Part shown: positions 36,534-46,155 of the stretch, one piece after another
How positions within the stretch are numbered: the stretch's first letter is position 1
Layout: every line of letters starts with the position of its first letter
Origin: a bacterium
GTDB taxonomy: Bacteria; Sysuimicrobiota; Sysuimicrobiia; Sysuimicrobiales; Kaftiobacteriaceae
Length of the DNA: 64,000 nucleotides
Reading direction: 5' to 3'
Assembly (NCBI GenBank): GCA_044868695.1
Contig: JBIOWP010000105.1
Span: forward strand, 31,740 to 95,739
Made by a program: the position numbers and the translations under genes
The notes under the pieces: generated by a model
The model's input: only the letters and a program-made list of their open reading frames with translations
The model's database searches: none
Told to the model about the DNA's origin: nothing

Positions 36534-38501
36534 ATGCCGTCGACCAGCGAGACCGGGGCGGGTGTGCGCCAGGTTGCCACCCGCCTCGCCGTTCCTGAAC
36601 GCCGCCCCAACCCGGCATCGGACCGACTGCGGCACCTGCTGCCCGGCGCCCAGCCCCTGCTGTGCGCCGTGCTCCTGGCTGCGGGAGGGGTCACGGACCG
36701 GATCGCGGGGCACGCACCCGCCATGCCGGTGTATCTCCTTGCCTACCTGGCAGGTGGCGCAGGCAGCGCCGCGTCGGCCTGGGCGTCCCTGCTGCGGCGG
36801 CGCATCGACGTAAATCTGTTGATGCTGCTCGCCGCGGCGGGCGCCGCGCTCCTCGGAGAGTGGTGGGAAGGCGGTGTCCTGCTGCTGCTTTTCTCGCTCA
36901 GCAACGCCCTGGAATACTACGCCATGCACAGGACACGGCGGGCGATCGGCGCCCTGATGACATTACGTCCCCAGGAAGCGACGGTCCGGCGGGACGGTCA
37001 TGAGGTGGTCGTGCCGGTCGACGACCTGCGTGTCGGCGAGGTGATGATCGTCGGCCCCTCCGACCGGCTGCCCGCGGACGGCCGGGTCGTGCGGGGACTC
37101 TCGAGCATCGACCAGTCGCCGATTACCGGCGAATCTGTCCCCGTCGATGTCTCGCCGGGTTCAACCGTCTTTGCGGGAACCATCAACCAGCGCGGCAGCC
37201 TGGAGATTGAAGTCACGAAGTCGGCGGAGGACACCACGCTGGCCAGGATCATCGCGCTCGTGGAAGAAGCCCAGGCGGCCCAGCCGCCTGCCCAGCGGAT
37301 GATCGACCGATTCGGGCAGTTGTACGCCGTCGGGGTGATCGCCGCCGCCGCCGGCACGTACGCGGTGCTGCGGGCTCTCGCCGCGCCCGGCGACGTGGCG
37401 TTCTACCGGGCCATCACGCTCCTGGTGGTGGCGTCACCGTGCGCCGTGGTGATCGCGACACCGGCGGCCGTCCTATCGGCGATCGCCGCGGGGGCGCGCC
37501 AAGGGGTCTTGTTCAAGGGCGGCGTCCATCTGGAGCAACTCGCGGCGGTCAGAACGGTGGTTTTCGACAAGACGGGGACCCTGACGGCGGGTAAGCCGAT
37601 TGTCACCGACGTGATCCCAGTCGTCGGGGACTCGCGCGAAATCCTTCAGCTCGCCGGCGCCCTGGAGCAGCGGTCCGAGCACGCGCTCGCCGAAGCGGTC
37701 GTCCAGGCGTGCCGAAGCCGGGGGATCGGCCTGTTATCCCCGGAGACCTTCGAGGCTGTGACCGGGCGTGGAGTGCGCGGGCGCGTCGGGCGGCAGACGG
37801 TGCGCGTCGGCAGCGAGCAGTTCATGACCGACGAAAGCATCTCGATGTCCAATGGGACGCGCGCTCATGTGGCCCTGCTGCGCCACGAGGGCAAGACGCC
37901 GATCCTCGTCGCGACCGATGAGGTGATTGGCATCCTGGCTGTTGCCGACACGGTCCGACCTCAGGCGAACACCGCGATCCGGGCGCTGCGGGCGCAGGGC
38001 ATCGACCGGATCGCCGTCCTCACGGGAGATCACCGGGAGGTGGCCGACGCCATCGCAGGCGGCCTCGAGATCGACGACGTGCGCGCGGGCCTGCTGCCGG
38101 ACGAGAAGGCGTCCGCGGTCCGCGAGTTGACCGCACAGGGCCCGACCGCGATGGTCGGGGACGGCATCAATGACGCGCCGGCACTGGCGACCGCGAGCGT
38201 CGGGATTGCGATGGGCGCTGCGGGCACCGATGCCGCGATGGAGACGGCGGATGTCGTGCTTATGGGCGACGATCTCACGCGCCTCCCGTACGCCATCGCA
38301 CTGTCCCGGCGAACCCGGCGCGTGGTTCTGCAAAGCCTCAGCTTCGCCGCGCTTGTGATTGCCGTGCTCATCACCGCGTCGCTGGGATTCGGCCTGCGGC
38401 TCGCCTTCGGGGTGGTGGGGCACGAGGGCAGCACGGTCGTCGTCGTGCTCAACGGGCTCAGGCTGCTCCGGTTCAGCAGGCGGTCTGCGGGAGTGGACTA
38501 G
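36534..38501 (+). CDS. Heavy-metal P1B-type ATPase, P1B-4 signature
   Basis: TGES, SPC in the TM helix, DKTGTLT, SEH.LA, GDGIND, HEGST in the last TM. Confidence 0.92.
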   Translation: MPSTSETGAGVRQVATRLAVPERRPNPASDRLRHLLPGAQPLLCAVLLAAGGVTDRIAGHAPAMPVYLLAYLAGGAGSAASAWASLLRRRIDVNLLMLLAAAGAALLGEWWEGGVLLLLFSLSNALEYYAMHRTRRAIGALMTLRPQEATVRRDGHEVVVPVDDLRVGEVMIVGPSDRLPADGRVVRGLSSIDQSPITGESVPVDVSPGSTVFAGTINQRGSLEIEVTKSAEDTTLARIIALVEEAQAAQPPAQRMIDRFGQLYAVGVIAAAAGTYAVLRALAAPGDVAFYRAITLLVVASPCAVVIATPAAVLSAIAAGARQGVLFKGGVHLEQLAAVRTVVFDKTGTLTAGKPIVTDVIPVVGDSREILQLAGALEQRSEHALAEAVVQACRSRGIGLLSPETFEAVTGRGVRGRVGRQTVRVGSEQFMTDESISMSNGTRAHVALLRHEGKTPILVATDEVIGILAVADTVRPQANTAIRALRAQGIDRIAVLTGDHREVADAIAGGLEIDDVRAGLLPDEKASAVRELTAQGPTAMVGDGINDAPALATASVGIAMGAAGTDAAMETADVVLMGDDLTRLPYAIALSRRTRRVVLQSLSFAALVIAVLITASLGFGLRLAFGVVGHEGSTVVVVLNGLRLLRFSRRSAGVD

Positions 38502-38782
38502 CGGGTCTTCTTGCGGGCCAGGATCTTCTCAGCCAGTGCCGTCAGCCAGGCGTTCTCCCGCAGCGCGGAGCGGTGGAGACGGCGGTCACGCGCGGCGCCC
38601 TCGCGGATCGAGGCGAGGGTCCGGTGGTGCTGGCGGGCTTCCTGGCGGAGCCGGGAGCGCGTAACCCGTCCCGACTGCCGCTCACGGTGCAGGGCAAGCT
38701 TATGCTCGTCACCGGCGTGCACCGCACTGTGTTCCCCGAGCATCACGCTGCTGTACCAGAGCCGTCTGGCCATCTGCCTCAC
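38498..38782 (-). CDS. Small basic His/Arg-rich hypothetical protein
   Basis: 94-aa ORF filling the gap, with palindrome-type promoter upstream; start 38782 (GTG) or 38773 (ATG). Confidence 0.5.
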   Translation of the reverse strand: MRQMARRLWYSSVMLGEHSAVHAGDEHKLALHRERQSGRVTRSRLRQEARQHHRTLASIREGAARDRRLHRSALRENAWLTALAEKILARKKTR

Positions 38783-38790
38783 CCCAGGCC

Positions 38791-38860
38791 AGCGTAGGCT
38801 CCAAGCGTTATTGGCGCCTATCAGGCGGCGAGCCGATTCGGCATAGGGTCCGGACCCGAT
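38791..38860 (-). promoter_or_regulatory. Two tandem palindromic sites plus -10 element
   Basis: ATCAGG-N6-GCCGAT (38820-38837) and ATAGGG-N6-CCCGAT (38843-38860); minus-strand TACGCT 23 nt downstream. Confidence 0.6.
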
Positions 38861-38910
38861 GGGGCGGTCTGATAGGACGCCCTCCCCGCCGGGCCGAAGA
38901 GAGCAGCGGT

Positions 38911-41091
38911 ATGGACCCCCGTGCTGCGCGTGACCTGTCGAGCATTCTTGCGCCCCGCAGCGTGGCGGTCATCGGCGCGTCGCGCGATGCCGGCAAGGTC
39001 GGTCACGCCATCTTTCGCAATGTCCTCGAGGACTTCCAGGGCGTCGTCTACCCGGTGAACCCTAGCGCCCAGGCGATCCGCGGCGTCCGCGCGTATCCCT
39101 CGGTGCTGGAGGTTGCCGATCCTGTCGATCTCGCTATCATCATTGTGCCGGCTCCGCGCGTTGCGGCCGTGCTGGATGAGTGTGGGAGCAAGGGCGTCCG
39201 CGGGGTGGTGGTCATCTCCGCGGGATTCCGCGAGAGCGGCGAGGAGGGCCGCCGCCGCGAGGAAGAGGTCAAGGCGGCGGTCCGGCGCCACGGGTTTGTC
39301 CTTGTCGGCCCGAACTGCCTGGGTGTCCTGAACACCGATCCTGCCGTGCGGCTCAACGCCACGTTCGCGCGCGCGATGCCCGCGCCCGGCAACATTGCGT
39401 TCCTCTCTCAGAGCGGCGCGCTGACCACCGCGGTGCTGGACTACGCGAGAGCGAAGGGAATCGGGTTCTCCAAACTGGTGAGCTTAGGCAACAAGGCCGA
39501 TGTCAGCGAGCTGGACCTACTGGCTGCGCTGCGCGACGATCCCCGGACGGATGTCATCCTGCTGTATCTGGAGGAACTCACGGACGGCCGCCGCTTCATC
39601 TCGCTCTGCCGGGAGATCACCGGCGAGATCGAGGATCCCAAGCCGATCCTGGCGGTGAAGTCCGGCCGGACGACGGCCGGCGCGCGCGCGGTATCATCGC
39701 ACACGGGGTCGCTCGCCGGCAGTGACGAGGTGTACGACGCCGTGTTTCTGCAGAGCGGCGTCCTGCGCGTTGACACCGTGGAAGAGCTGTTTCACTACGC
39801 GATTGCGTTCGCCAACCAGCCTCTCCCGTCGGGCCGCAGGGTCGCGGTGGTGACCAACGCCGGGGGACCAGGCATCATGGCCGCAGACGCCGCGGTCCGC
39901 CACGGGCTGGTACTGACCACGCTGGCGGAGGGGACACAGCAGGCGCTGCGTCTGGCGCTGCCGGCCGAAGCGGCCGTCGACAACCCCGTCGATTTGGTCG
40001 GAGACGCTCAGGCGGACCGGTACCAGACCGCGGTACGTGCCGTCATGCGCGATCCGGGCACGGACGGCGTGCTCGTCTTGCTGACCCCGCAGGCGGTCAC
40101 CGACATCGAGCAGATTGCCCGGGTCGTGGCGTCCGAGGCACGCGGCGCATCCAAGCCGCTGCTGTCGTCCTTCATGGGCATCGTCGATGTCTCCGGAGGC
40201 GTGCGGATCCTCGAGGAGGCGCACATCCCGCACTACGGATTTCCGGAGGATGCGGTGCGCGCGTTTGCAGCGATGACCCAGTACGCGGAGTGGGTGCGCC
40301 GGCCCCGGACCGAGGTGCGGACCTTCCCGGTGGACCGGTCGCAGGTCACCGCGCTGCTGGCGCAGGCCGCGCGCGGCCCATTTGTGCGGGAGACCCTGGC
40401 GTTCCAACTGCTCGAAGCGTACGGCTTCCCGCTCGCGCCGTGGGCGGAAGCGTCCTCGGCAGAGGACGCGGTCATCCGCGCGTCGGCGATCGGCTTCCCT
40501 GTGGCCATGAAAGTGCTGTCGCCGGAGATCGTGCACAAAGTGGACATCGGCGGGATCCGGCTGCAGCTCACGGCGCCCAGTGAGGTCCGCGCCGCCTATG
40601 AGGAGATGATGGCGGAGATTGCGCGCCGGCAGCCCGGCGCGGTGGTCGAAGGAGTCATCGTCCAGAAGATGGCGTCGGGTGTGGAAACGATCCTGGGCGT
40701 GAACCGCGATCCCCAGTTCGGGCCGATCATCATGTTCGGATTGGGCGGCATCTACGTCGAGGTGTTCAAAGACGTCACCTTCCGGCTGGCGCCGATCCGA
40801 GAGCTGAGCGCGCGGCGGATGGTGGAATCCATCAAGGCGGGGCAGATCCTGCGCGGCGTGCGCGGCCAGCTGGCGGCCGATGTCGACGCGCTGGTGGAGT
40901 GCATCGAGCGCCTGTCACAGCTGGCGGCGGAGATCCCGGAGATCGCCGAACTTGACATCAACCCGTTGATGGTGCTGCCTGCCGGGCAGGGTGCGGCGGT
41001 GGCTGACGCGCGGCTGCGGCTGCTGGACACACAGGAGACCGGGGGTCGGGAATCGGGGGCCGGCGAAAGGGCCGATACCCCCGACCCCTAA
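38911..41091 (+). CDS. Acyl-CoA synthetase (ADP-forming), fused alpha/beta
   Basis: SVAVIGAS, GPNCLG, SQSGA, SLGNKAD, catalytic SHTGSLAG, NAGGPG, NPVD, C-terminal ATP-grasp; no GNAT domain. Confidence 0.92.
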   Translation: MDPRAARDLSSILAPRSVAVIGASRDAGKVGHAIFRNVLEDFQGVVYPVNPSAQAIRGVRAYPSVLEVADPVDLAIIIVPAPRVAAVLDECGSKGVRGVVVISAGFRESGEEGRRREEEVKAAVRRHGFVLVGPNCLGVLNTDPAVRLNATFARAMPAPGNIAFLSQSGALTTAVLDYARAKGIGFSKLVSLGNKADVSELDLLAALRDDPRTDVILLYLEELTDGRRFISLCREITGEIEDPKPILAVKSGRTTAGARAVSSHTGSLAGSDEVYDAVFLQSGVLRVDTVEELFHYAIAFANQPLPSGRRVAVVTNAGGPGIMAADAAVRHGLVLTTLAEGTQQALRLALPAEAAVDNPVDLVGDAQADRYQTAVRAVMRDPGTDGVLVLLTPQAVTDIEQIARVVASEARGASKPLLSSFMGIVDVSGGVRILEEAHIPHYGFPEDAVRAFAAMTQYAEWVRRPRTEVRTFPVDRSQVTALLAQAARGPFVRETLAFQLLEAYGFPLAPWAEASSAEDAVIRASAIGFPVAMKVLSPEIVHKVDIGGIRLQLTAPSEVRAAYEEMMAEIARRQPGAVVEGVIVQKMASGVETILGVNRDPQFGPIIMFGLGGIYVEVFKDVTFRLAPIRELSARRMVESIKAGQILRGVRGQLAADVDALVECIERLSQLAAEIPEIAELDINPLMVLPAGQGAAVADARLRLLDTQETGGRESGAGERADTPDP

Positions 41092-41113
41092 CCCCCGACC
41101 CCGGACCCCCGAC
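41041..41113. repeat. Inverted heptamer arrays (GGGGGTC / CCCCCGA) spanning the ligase stop codon
   Basis: gggggtc gggaatc gggggcc ... cccccga cccctaa cccccga ccccgga cccccga. Confidence 0.65.
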
Positions 41114-41134
41114 TCAGTACATGGAGGTGAGGAG

Positions 41135-41530
41135 ATGTTTCTCGACGATCTGCAGAAACGCTTCGCGGAGATGCAGGGCAAGGCGAACTGGAAGACCGTT
41201 TTTGGCGACGTGATCGAGGTCAACGGCCGGCGGCTGATTCCGGTCGCCTCCGTCCAGTACGGATTCGGGATGGGGGGCGGCCAGGGCACCTCGCCGCGCA
41301 CCGGTTCCCGCGCCAAATCGTCATCGAAGGACGACACCGCCTCGCTCGGGAGCGGCGGGGGCGGGGGAGGCGGCGTCCGCATCGAGCCGATTGCCCTCAT
41401 CGATGTCACAGACGGCCGGCTCAAAGTGGAACCGATCATCAACGTGACCAGAGTGGCCGTGATTGCGCTACTGGTTGCCGGGTGGTCGATGTTCTGGCTG
41501 CTCAGGGCAAGGCAGGCCGCGCCGCGGTAG
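41135..41530 (+). CDS. GerW/YtfJ-family protein
   Basis: KTVFGD.IE..GR.LIPVA.V.YGFG.GGG, GGGGGGGV.IEPIA; ggaggtga RBS. Confidence 0.82.
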   Translation: MFLDDLQKRFAEMQGKANWKTVFGDVIEVNGRRLIPVASVQYGFGMGGGQGTSPRTGSRAKSSSKDDTASLGSGGGGGGGVRIEPIALIDVTDGRLKVEPIINVTRVAVIALLVAGWSMFWLLRARQAAPR

Positions 41531-41604
41531 GGGTCGCGCCGAGGAGTCGCGTGCGGTGCTGTCGAAGCGCTCTGCCCGAGTTCATCACGAGGAGGTGACC
41601 CGCG

Positions 41605-42894
41605 TTGCGTGAGGTGTTGACCTGGATCGCCAACAACCTGTTCAACCAGGTGGCGATCCTCATCGGTCTCATCGTCCTGCTGGGCTATGCCGTTCAGGGC
41701 AAGCGGGCGGAAGATGTGGTGGCCGGCGCGTTGAGGGCCACCATCGGCGTCCTGATTCTCTTCATCGGCATTGACGTGTTTGTCGGAGGCCTGCTCTCCT
41801 TCCAGACGGTGGTCAGCAGCGCTTTTCACCTCAAGCCTCCGCAGGCGACGAAGACCCTGGGTGACTTTCTCGGCACCCACGGGGGATCGATCGCCCTCAT
41901 CATCGCGACGGGCTTCCTGATCCACGTGCTGCTCGTGCGGATTGTGCCGTTCTTCCGGTATGTCTACCTGACGGGCCACCTGATGTTCTGGATCAGTGTC
42001 GTCGTCGCCGCCGTCCTGGTGGAGGCGTTCCCGCAGATCAGCCAGGGCCGGCTGTGGCTGTGGGGGAGCATCATCGTGGCGCTGTACTGGTCTATCCAGC
42101 CGATGTACATGGCCAAGTTCATGCGCAAGGTTATCGGGTCGGACGACTACGGCTTCGGGCACACTTCGTCGGCGGGGTGCTACCTGGCCGCGCGGCTGGC
42201 CCCGTATGTCGGCAGCAAGGAGAAGTATGATACGGAGCGCCTCCAGCTTCCCAAGCGGCTGGCGTTCTTCAAAGACGTGAACGCGAGCACCGCCCTCATC
42301 ATCGCCGTGATCATGCTGCTGGCGATGGCGTTCGCGGACAAGCCCCTCGTGGCTGAGCAGGCGAAGAAGTTCAGCGCAACCATCGATCCCTGGGTCTGGG
42401 GGCTCCTGGTGGCCCTGAGGTTTGCCGCGGGTATCGCGATCCTGCTGTTCGGCGTGCGGATGTTCCTGGCCGAGATCGTGCCCGCGTTCAAGGGCATCAG
42501 CGACCGGATCATTCCCGGCAGCAAACCGGCGCTCGATGTGCCCACGGTCTTTCCGGCCGCCCCGACCGCCGTCATGATCGGATTCGTCAGCAGTACCGTC
42601 ACATTCTTGATCCTGATGGTGATTTTCGGCGGGGCCGGCTGGTTCACGCTGGTGCCGCCGATGATCATGTTGTTCTTCCCAGGCGGCGGCGCGGGCGTCT
42701 TCGGCAATGCCTTTGGCGGCTGGCGCGGTGCGGTGCTCGGGGGGATCATTAACGGACTGTTCCTGGCCATCGGCCAGGCCACGGCGTGGGGCATGCTCTC
42801 CCGGACGGCGCCCGAGCTGGCGACGCTCGGCGATCCGGACTGGTACATCATCATCTGGGTTCTGCGGCTGATCCTGTCGCCGTTTGCCTCGTAG
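41605..42894 (+). CDS. PTS ascorbate-family (UlaA/SgaT) EIIC component
   Basis: YLTGH, FGHTSS, GVRMFLAEIVPAFKGIS..IIPG.KPALD.P.VF..AP.AV..GF, FF.GG.AGVFGNA.GG.RGA. Confidence 0.92.
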   Translation: MREVLTWIANNLFNQVAILIGLIVLLGYAVQGKRAEDVVAGALRATIGVLILFIGIDVFVGGLLSFQTVVSSAFHLKPPQATKTLGDFLGTHGGSIALIIATGFLIHVLLVRIVPFFRYVYLTGHLMFWISVVVAAVLVEAFPQISQGRLWLWGSIIVALYWSIQPMYMAKFMRKVIGSDDYGFGHTSSAGCYLAARLAPYVGSKEKYDTERLQLPKRLAFFKDVNASTALIIAVIMLLAMAFADKPLVAEQAKKFSATIDPWVWGLLVALRFAAGIAILLFGVRMFLAEIVPAFKGISDRIIPGSKPALDVPTVFPAAPTAVMIGFVSSTVTFLILMVIFGGAGWFTLVPPMIMLFFPGGGAGVFGNAFGGWRGAVLGGIINGLFLAIGQATAWGMLSRTAPELATLGDPDWYIIIWVLRLILSPFAS

Positions 42895-42905
42895 CGAGAC
42901 AACAG

Positions 42906-43205
42906 GTGGCGCCGCGGGAACTCAAAATCCTCACTGTCTGCGGTGTGGGGATGGGCAGCAGCCTCATCCTCAAGATGACCGCGGAGAAGGCGCTGGCCGA
43001 GCTGGGGGTGGAGGCCCGCGTCGAGCACGCGGACCTCTCCTCGGCCCGCGGGATGGGGGCGGACATCATTCTGGCGCAGGGCCTGCACACGGCCGAACTC
43101 GCCGGCGCAGCGCCGGTCGTGATCGAAGTGAGCAACTTCCTGGACACCGGCGCGCTGAAAGCATTACTGGCCCGCCATCTGAAAGAGAAGGGGTGGACAG
43201 CCTAG
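42906..43205 (+). CDS. PTS EIIB component (UlaB-like)
   Basis: KILTVCGVGMGSSLIL; start approximate. Confidence 0.9.
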   Translation: MAPRELKILTVCGVGMGSSLILKMTAEKALAELGVEARVEHADLSSARGMGADIILAQGLHTAELAGAAPVVIEVSNFLDTGALKALLARHLKEKGWTA

Positions 43206-43921
43206 CGCCGCCCGGCGAGTGGATGCGCGAGCACCTCCGCCGGGTGGAAGACGCCAACCGCGGGTCCCTCGACGCCGTCGCCCGCAAGGTGCTGGGGGTG
43301 CTCCGCGCCGACGGCCTGGTCTACGCGGCAGGGACCGGCCATTCGATCGCGCTTCTCTTGGAGACGTTCTATCGCGCCGGGGGTCTGGCGTGCGTCTACC
43401 CGGTCTTCCACCCGGCCCTGCTGCCGCTGGCCGGCGCCGGGGCCAGCACGGCGCTCGAGCGCGTGCCCGGGCTGGGGACGCTGCTCGTCCGGCGGGCGGC
43501 GCCGGCTGCGTCTGATCTCGCTGTGGTGTTTTCGAATTCCGGAGTCAATCCCGTGCCGGTGGAGATGGCCGAGGAGTTTCACGCGGCAGGGACCCCGGTC
43601 GCCGGTGTCGTGTCGCGCGACCACATGCAGCACGCGCCCGCCCGCCATCCCCGCAAGCTGGACGCCGTCGCCGATCACCTGCTGGATACGCTCGTTCCCT
43701 ACGGCGATGCGGTATACCGCGGGCATGTGGGGAGCGGCACGATGCCGCTGTCGTCGCTCGTCGGTGTGTTTCTCTGGAACCTACTGCTTGCGCGCCTGGC
43801 CGACCTCGCCGCCTCGGACGGGGTCGTGCTGCCGGTGTGGACGAGCGCCAACGTGGAGGGCGGCGAGGGGCGCAACCGTGAGCTATTGGATCGGTACCGC
43901 CGCCGGGTTCCGTTTCTGTAG
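43193..43921 (+). CDS. SIS-domain sugar isomerase-like protein
   Basis: GTGHS, ETFYRAGGLA, LER..G, FSNSGVNPVPVEMA, PYGDA, PVWTSANV.GG; start 43193 or 43223. Confidence 0.85.
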   Translation: MDSLAPPGEWMREHLRRVEDANRGSLDAVARKVLGVLRADGLVYAAGTGHSIALLLETFYRAGGLACVYPVFHPALLPLAGAGASTALERVPGLGTLLVRRAAPAASDLAVVFSNSGVNPVPVEMAEEFHAAGTPVAGVVSRDHMQHAPARHPRKLDAVADHLLDTLVPYGDAVYRGHVGSGTMPLSSLVGVFLWNLLLARLADLAASDGVVLPVWTSANVEGGEGRNRELLDRYRRRVPFL

Positions 43922-43928
43922 CCGGGAC

Positions 43929-45080
43929 ATGAGTGCCGATCGACCGCAGGTGCTCACCGCCGGACGGGTCATCACTCCCGCCGGTGATCTCACGCCCGGG
44001 ACCGTGGAGATTCATGGCGACCGGATCGCCGCGGTTCGCGCGGGCGCGGCGGCAGGCGCCGACGTCACGGCGCCGGACGGGGTGCTGGCGCCGGGGTTCA
44101 TCGACCTGCAGGTCAACGGCGCCGCCGGGGTGGATTTTCTCGCGTGCCGGGGCGAGGCAGACCTGATCCGCGTGCGCCGCTACCTGGCGGCCACCGGAGT
44201 CACGGCCTTCCTCCCGACCCTGATCACCTCACCGCTGCCGCGCGTGCGCGACGCCCTCCGGCTGTGGCAGCGGCTCGCCGCCGTCCCCGGCGCGCCGCGC
44301 GTCCTTGGGGTGCACCTGGAAGGGCCCTATCTGAACCCGCGCTTCAAGGGGGCGCACCCGCCCCGGTACTTGAGAGCGCCGGATGCGGAGGAAGCGGCGC
44401 GGCTGCTCGATGCCCCGCCGGGGTTGGTCCGCCTGATGACGCTGGCCCCGGAGCTCCCCGGAGCCCCGGACGTGATCCGGGTCCTTCGGGACCGTGGATG
44501 CGTCGTGGCCGCCGGGCACACGGCGGCTAGCTACGAGAAGGCGCAGGCCGCATTTTCGATCGGGGTGACGCTGGTCACACACCTGTTCAACGCGATGCAC
44601 CCCCTGCACCACCGCGATCCCGGCATCGTGGTCGCGGCGCTGGAGCATCCGGCGACCACCGTGAGCCTGATCGCCGACCTCCGTCACGTACACGCGGCCG
44701 TGCTCCGGCTGGCGGTGAACGCGAAAGGGCCGGCGCGCGCGGCGCTGATTACTGATGCCATCGCCGCCGCCGGCGCCCTCCGCCGCGTCACGCACCTGGG
44801 GACCCGTACCGTGCGGGTGACGGACCTGCCGCGCCTGGCCGATGGGACGATCGCCGGCAGCGTGCTGGCGATGGACGAGGCGGTCCGCCACGTCGTCTCG
44901 CTGGGAGTCCCCGTGCGCGATGCAGTGCTGATGGCATCGCACACCCCGGCCCACGTCATGGGCCGCGACGACCTCGGCCGGATCACCGCGGGCGGGGCGG
45001 CTGATCTTGTCCTCCTCAGCAGGGAGATGCGTGTGACCGCGGTGTACGCCGGCGGTGAACGCATCTACGGAGAAGGCTGA
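43929..45080 (+). CDS. nagA: N-acetylglucosamine-6-phosphate deacetylase
   Basis: PGFIDLQVNG, PTLITS, GVHLEGPYL, KGAH, TLAPE, GHT, THLFNAM, ITDA, IAGS. Confidence 0.92.
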   Translation: MSADRPQVLTAGRVITPAGDLTPGTVEIHGDRIAAVRAGAAAGADVTAPDGVLAPGFIDLQVNGAAGVDFLACRGEADLIRVRRYLAATGVTAFLPTLITSPLPRVRDALRLWQRLAAVPGAPRVLGVHLEGPYLNPRFKGAHPPRYLRAPDAEEAARLLDAPPGLVRLMTLAPELPGAPDVIRVLRDRGCVVAAGHTAASYEKAQAAFSIGVTLVTHLFNAMHPLHHRDPGIVVAALEHPATTVSLIADLRHVHAAVLRLAVNAKGPARAALITDAIAAAGALRRVTHLGTRTVRVTDLPRLADGTIAGSVLAMDEAVRHVVSLGVPVRDAVLMASHTPAHVMGRDDLGRITAGGAADLVLLSREMRVTAVYAGGERIYGEG

Positions 45081-46135
45081 TGCGCAGCGGCCGGTTTGGG
45101 CGGTGGATGCTTCAGGAAATCGCCGAGCAGCCCGCGGTGCTCGCCCGGGTGTGCCGGGAGGAGGCGGCGGCTGTGGCGAGGGTTGCGCGCCGGCTCCGTG
45201 CGCGTCAACTGCCCACCGTAGTGCTGGCCGCGCGGGGCACCTCAGATAATGCGGCCCTGTACGGCCGCTACTTGATCGAAACGCAGCTGCGGACGCCGGT
45301 CTCACTGGCTGCGCCATCGGTGGTGACGCTCTACCGCGCACGGCTGAGGCTTCGCGGCGCGGTGGTGATCGGGCTGTCGCAATCCGGACGCTCACCGGAC
45401 ATTGTGCGCTTTATTGAGGCCGCGCGCCGCGCCGGCGCACTCACCATCGCCATCACCAACCACCCAGGGTCGCCGCTGGCGCGGACGGCCCACGAGGTGC
45501 TGCAGCTGCACGCCGGTCGCGAGCGCAGTGTCGCGGCGACCAAGACCTACACGGCGCAGCTGGCCGTGCTCAGCCTGCTGGTGGCGCATATCGCCGGGGA
45601 CCGGCGGCTGATCGGTGCGCACGACGCGCTTCCCGATACCGCGGCGGCGGCGCTCGCCACGGAACCGGCGGTCGCCCACGCGGCCGACCTGCTGTACCGG
45701 TCCGATGAGTGCCTGGTGACGTCCCGCGGCTACAACTTCGCGACCGCCCTTGAAGCGGCGCTCAAACTCAAAGAAGGCAGCCGGTTGGTGGCCGAAGCGC
45801 TGTCGTCAGCCGACCTGCTGCACGGACCGATCGCGGTGGTGAAGCGAGGATTTCCAGTGATCGCCGTCGCGCCGCCGGGCCGCACGCTGGGCCACCTGAC
45901 CGGCGTGCTCAGGAGGTTGACGCGCCGGCGCGCCCGCACGGTCGTCCTCTCATCCGCGGCGGCGGCCCTGCGCCAGGCGGTCGTTCCGGTGCACTTACCG
46001 CCGGTGGGGGAGGAGGCATTGACCCCCCACGTGTATATCATTCCGCTGCAGCTGCTGGCTGCTCACGTGGCGGCCCGACGCGGTCTCGATCCCGATCATC
46101 CCCGCGGTCTGCGGAAGGTGACGTATGTCCTGTAG
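45080..46135 (+). CDS. SIS-domain glucosamine-6-phosphate deaminase (GlmS isomerase-like, no glutaminase domain)
   Basis: EIAEQP, ARGTSDNA, SQSG.SPD, E.SVAATKTY, EAALKLKE, HGPIA, DPDHPRGLRKVT. Confidence 0.88.
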   Translation: MRSGRFGRWMLQEIAEQPAVLARVCREEAAAVARVARRLRARQLPTVVLAARGTSDNAALYGRYLIETQLRTPVSLAAPSVVTLYRARLRLRGAVVIGLSQSGRSPDIVRFIEAARRAGALTIAITNHPGSPLARTAHEVLQLHAGRERSVAATKTYTAQLAVLSLLVAHIAGDRRLIGAHDALPDTAAAALATEPAVAHAADLLYRSDECLVTSRGYNFATALEAALKLKEGSRLVAEALSSADLLHGPIAVVKRGFPVIAVAPPGRTLGHLTGVLRRLTRRRARTVVLSSAAAALRQAVVPVHLPPVGEEALTPHVYIIPLQLLAAHVAARRGLDPDHPRGLRKVTYVL

Positions 46136-46155
46136 TGGCCACTCGCCGGACCGGA

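Noticed and set aside
38813..38881. Riboswitch or ncRNA
   Set aside because: No recognisable aptamer; the symmetry is largely explained by two tandem operator palindromes
38911..41091. Protein lysine acetyltransferase Pat
   Set aside because: No GNAT domain, and the catalytic His of ADP-forming ligases is retained
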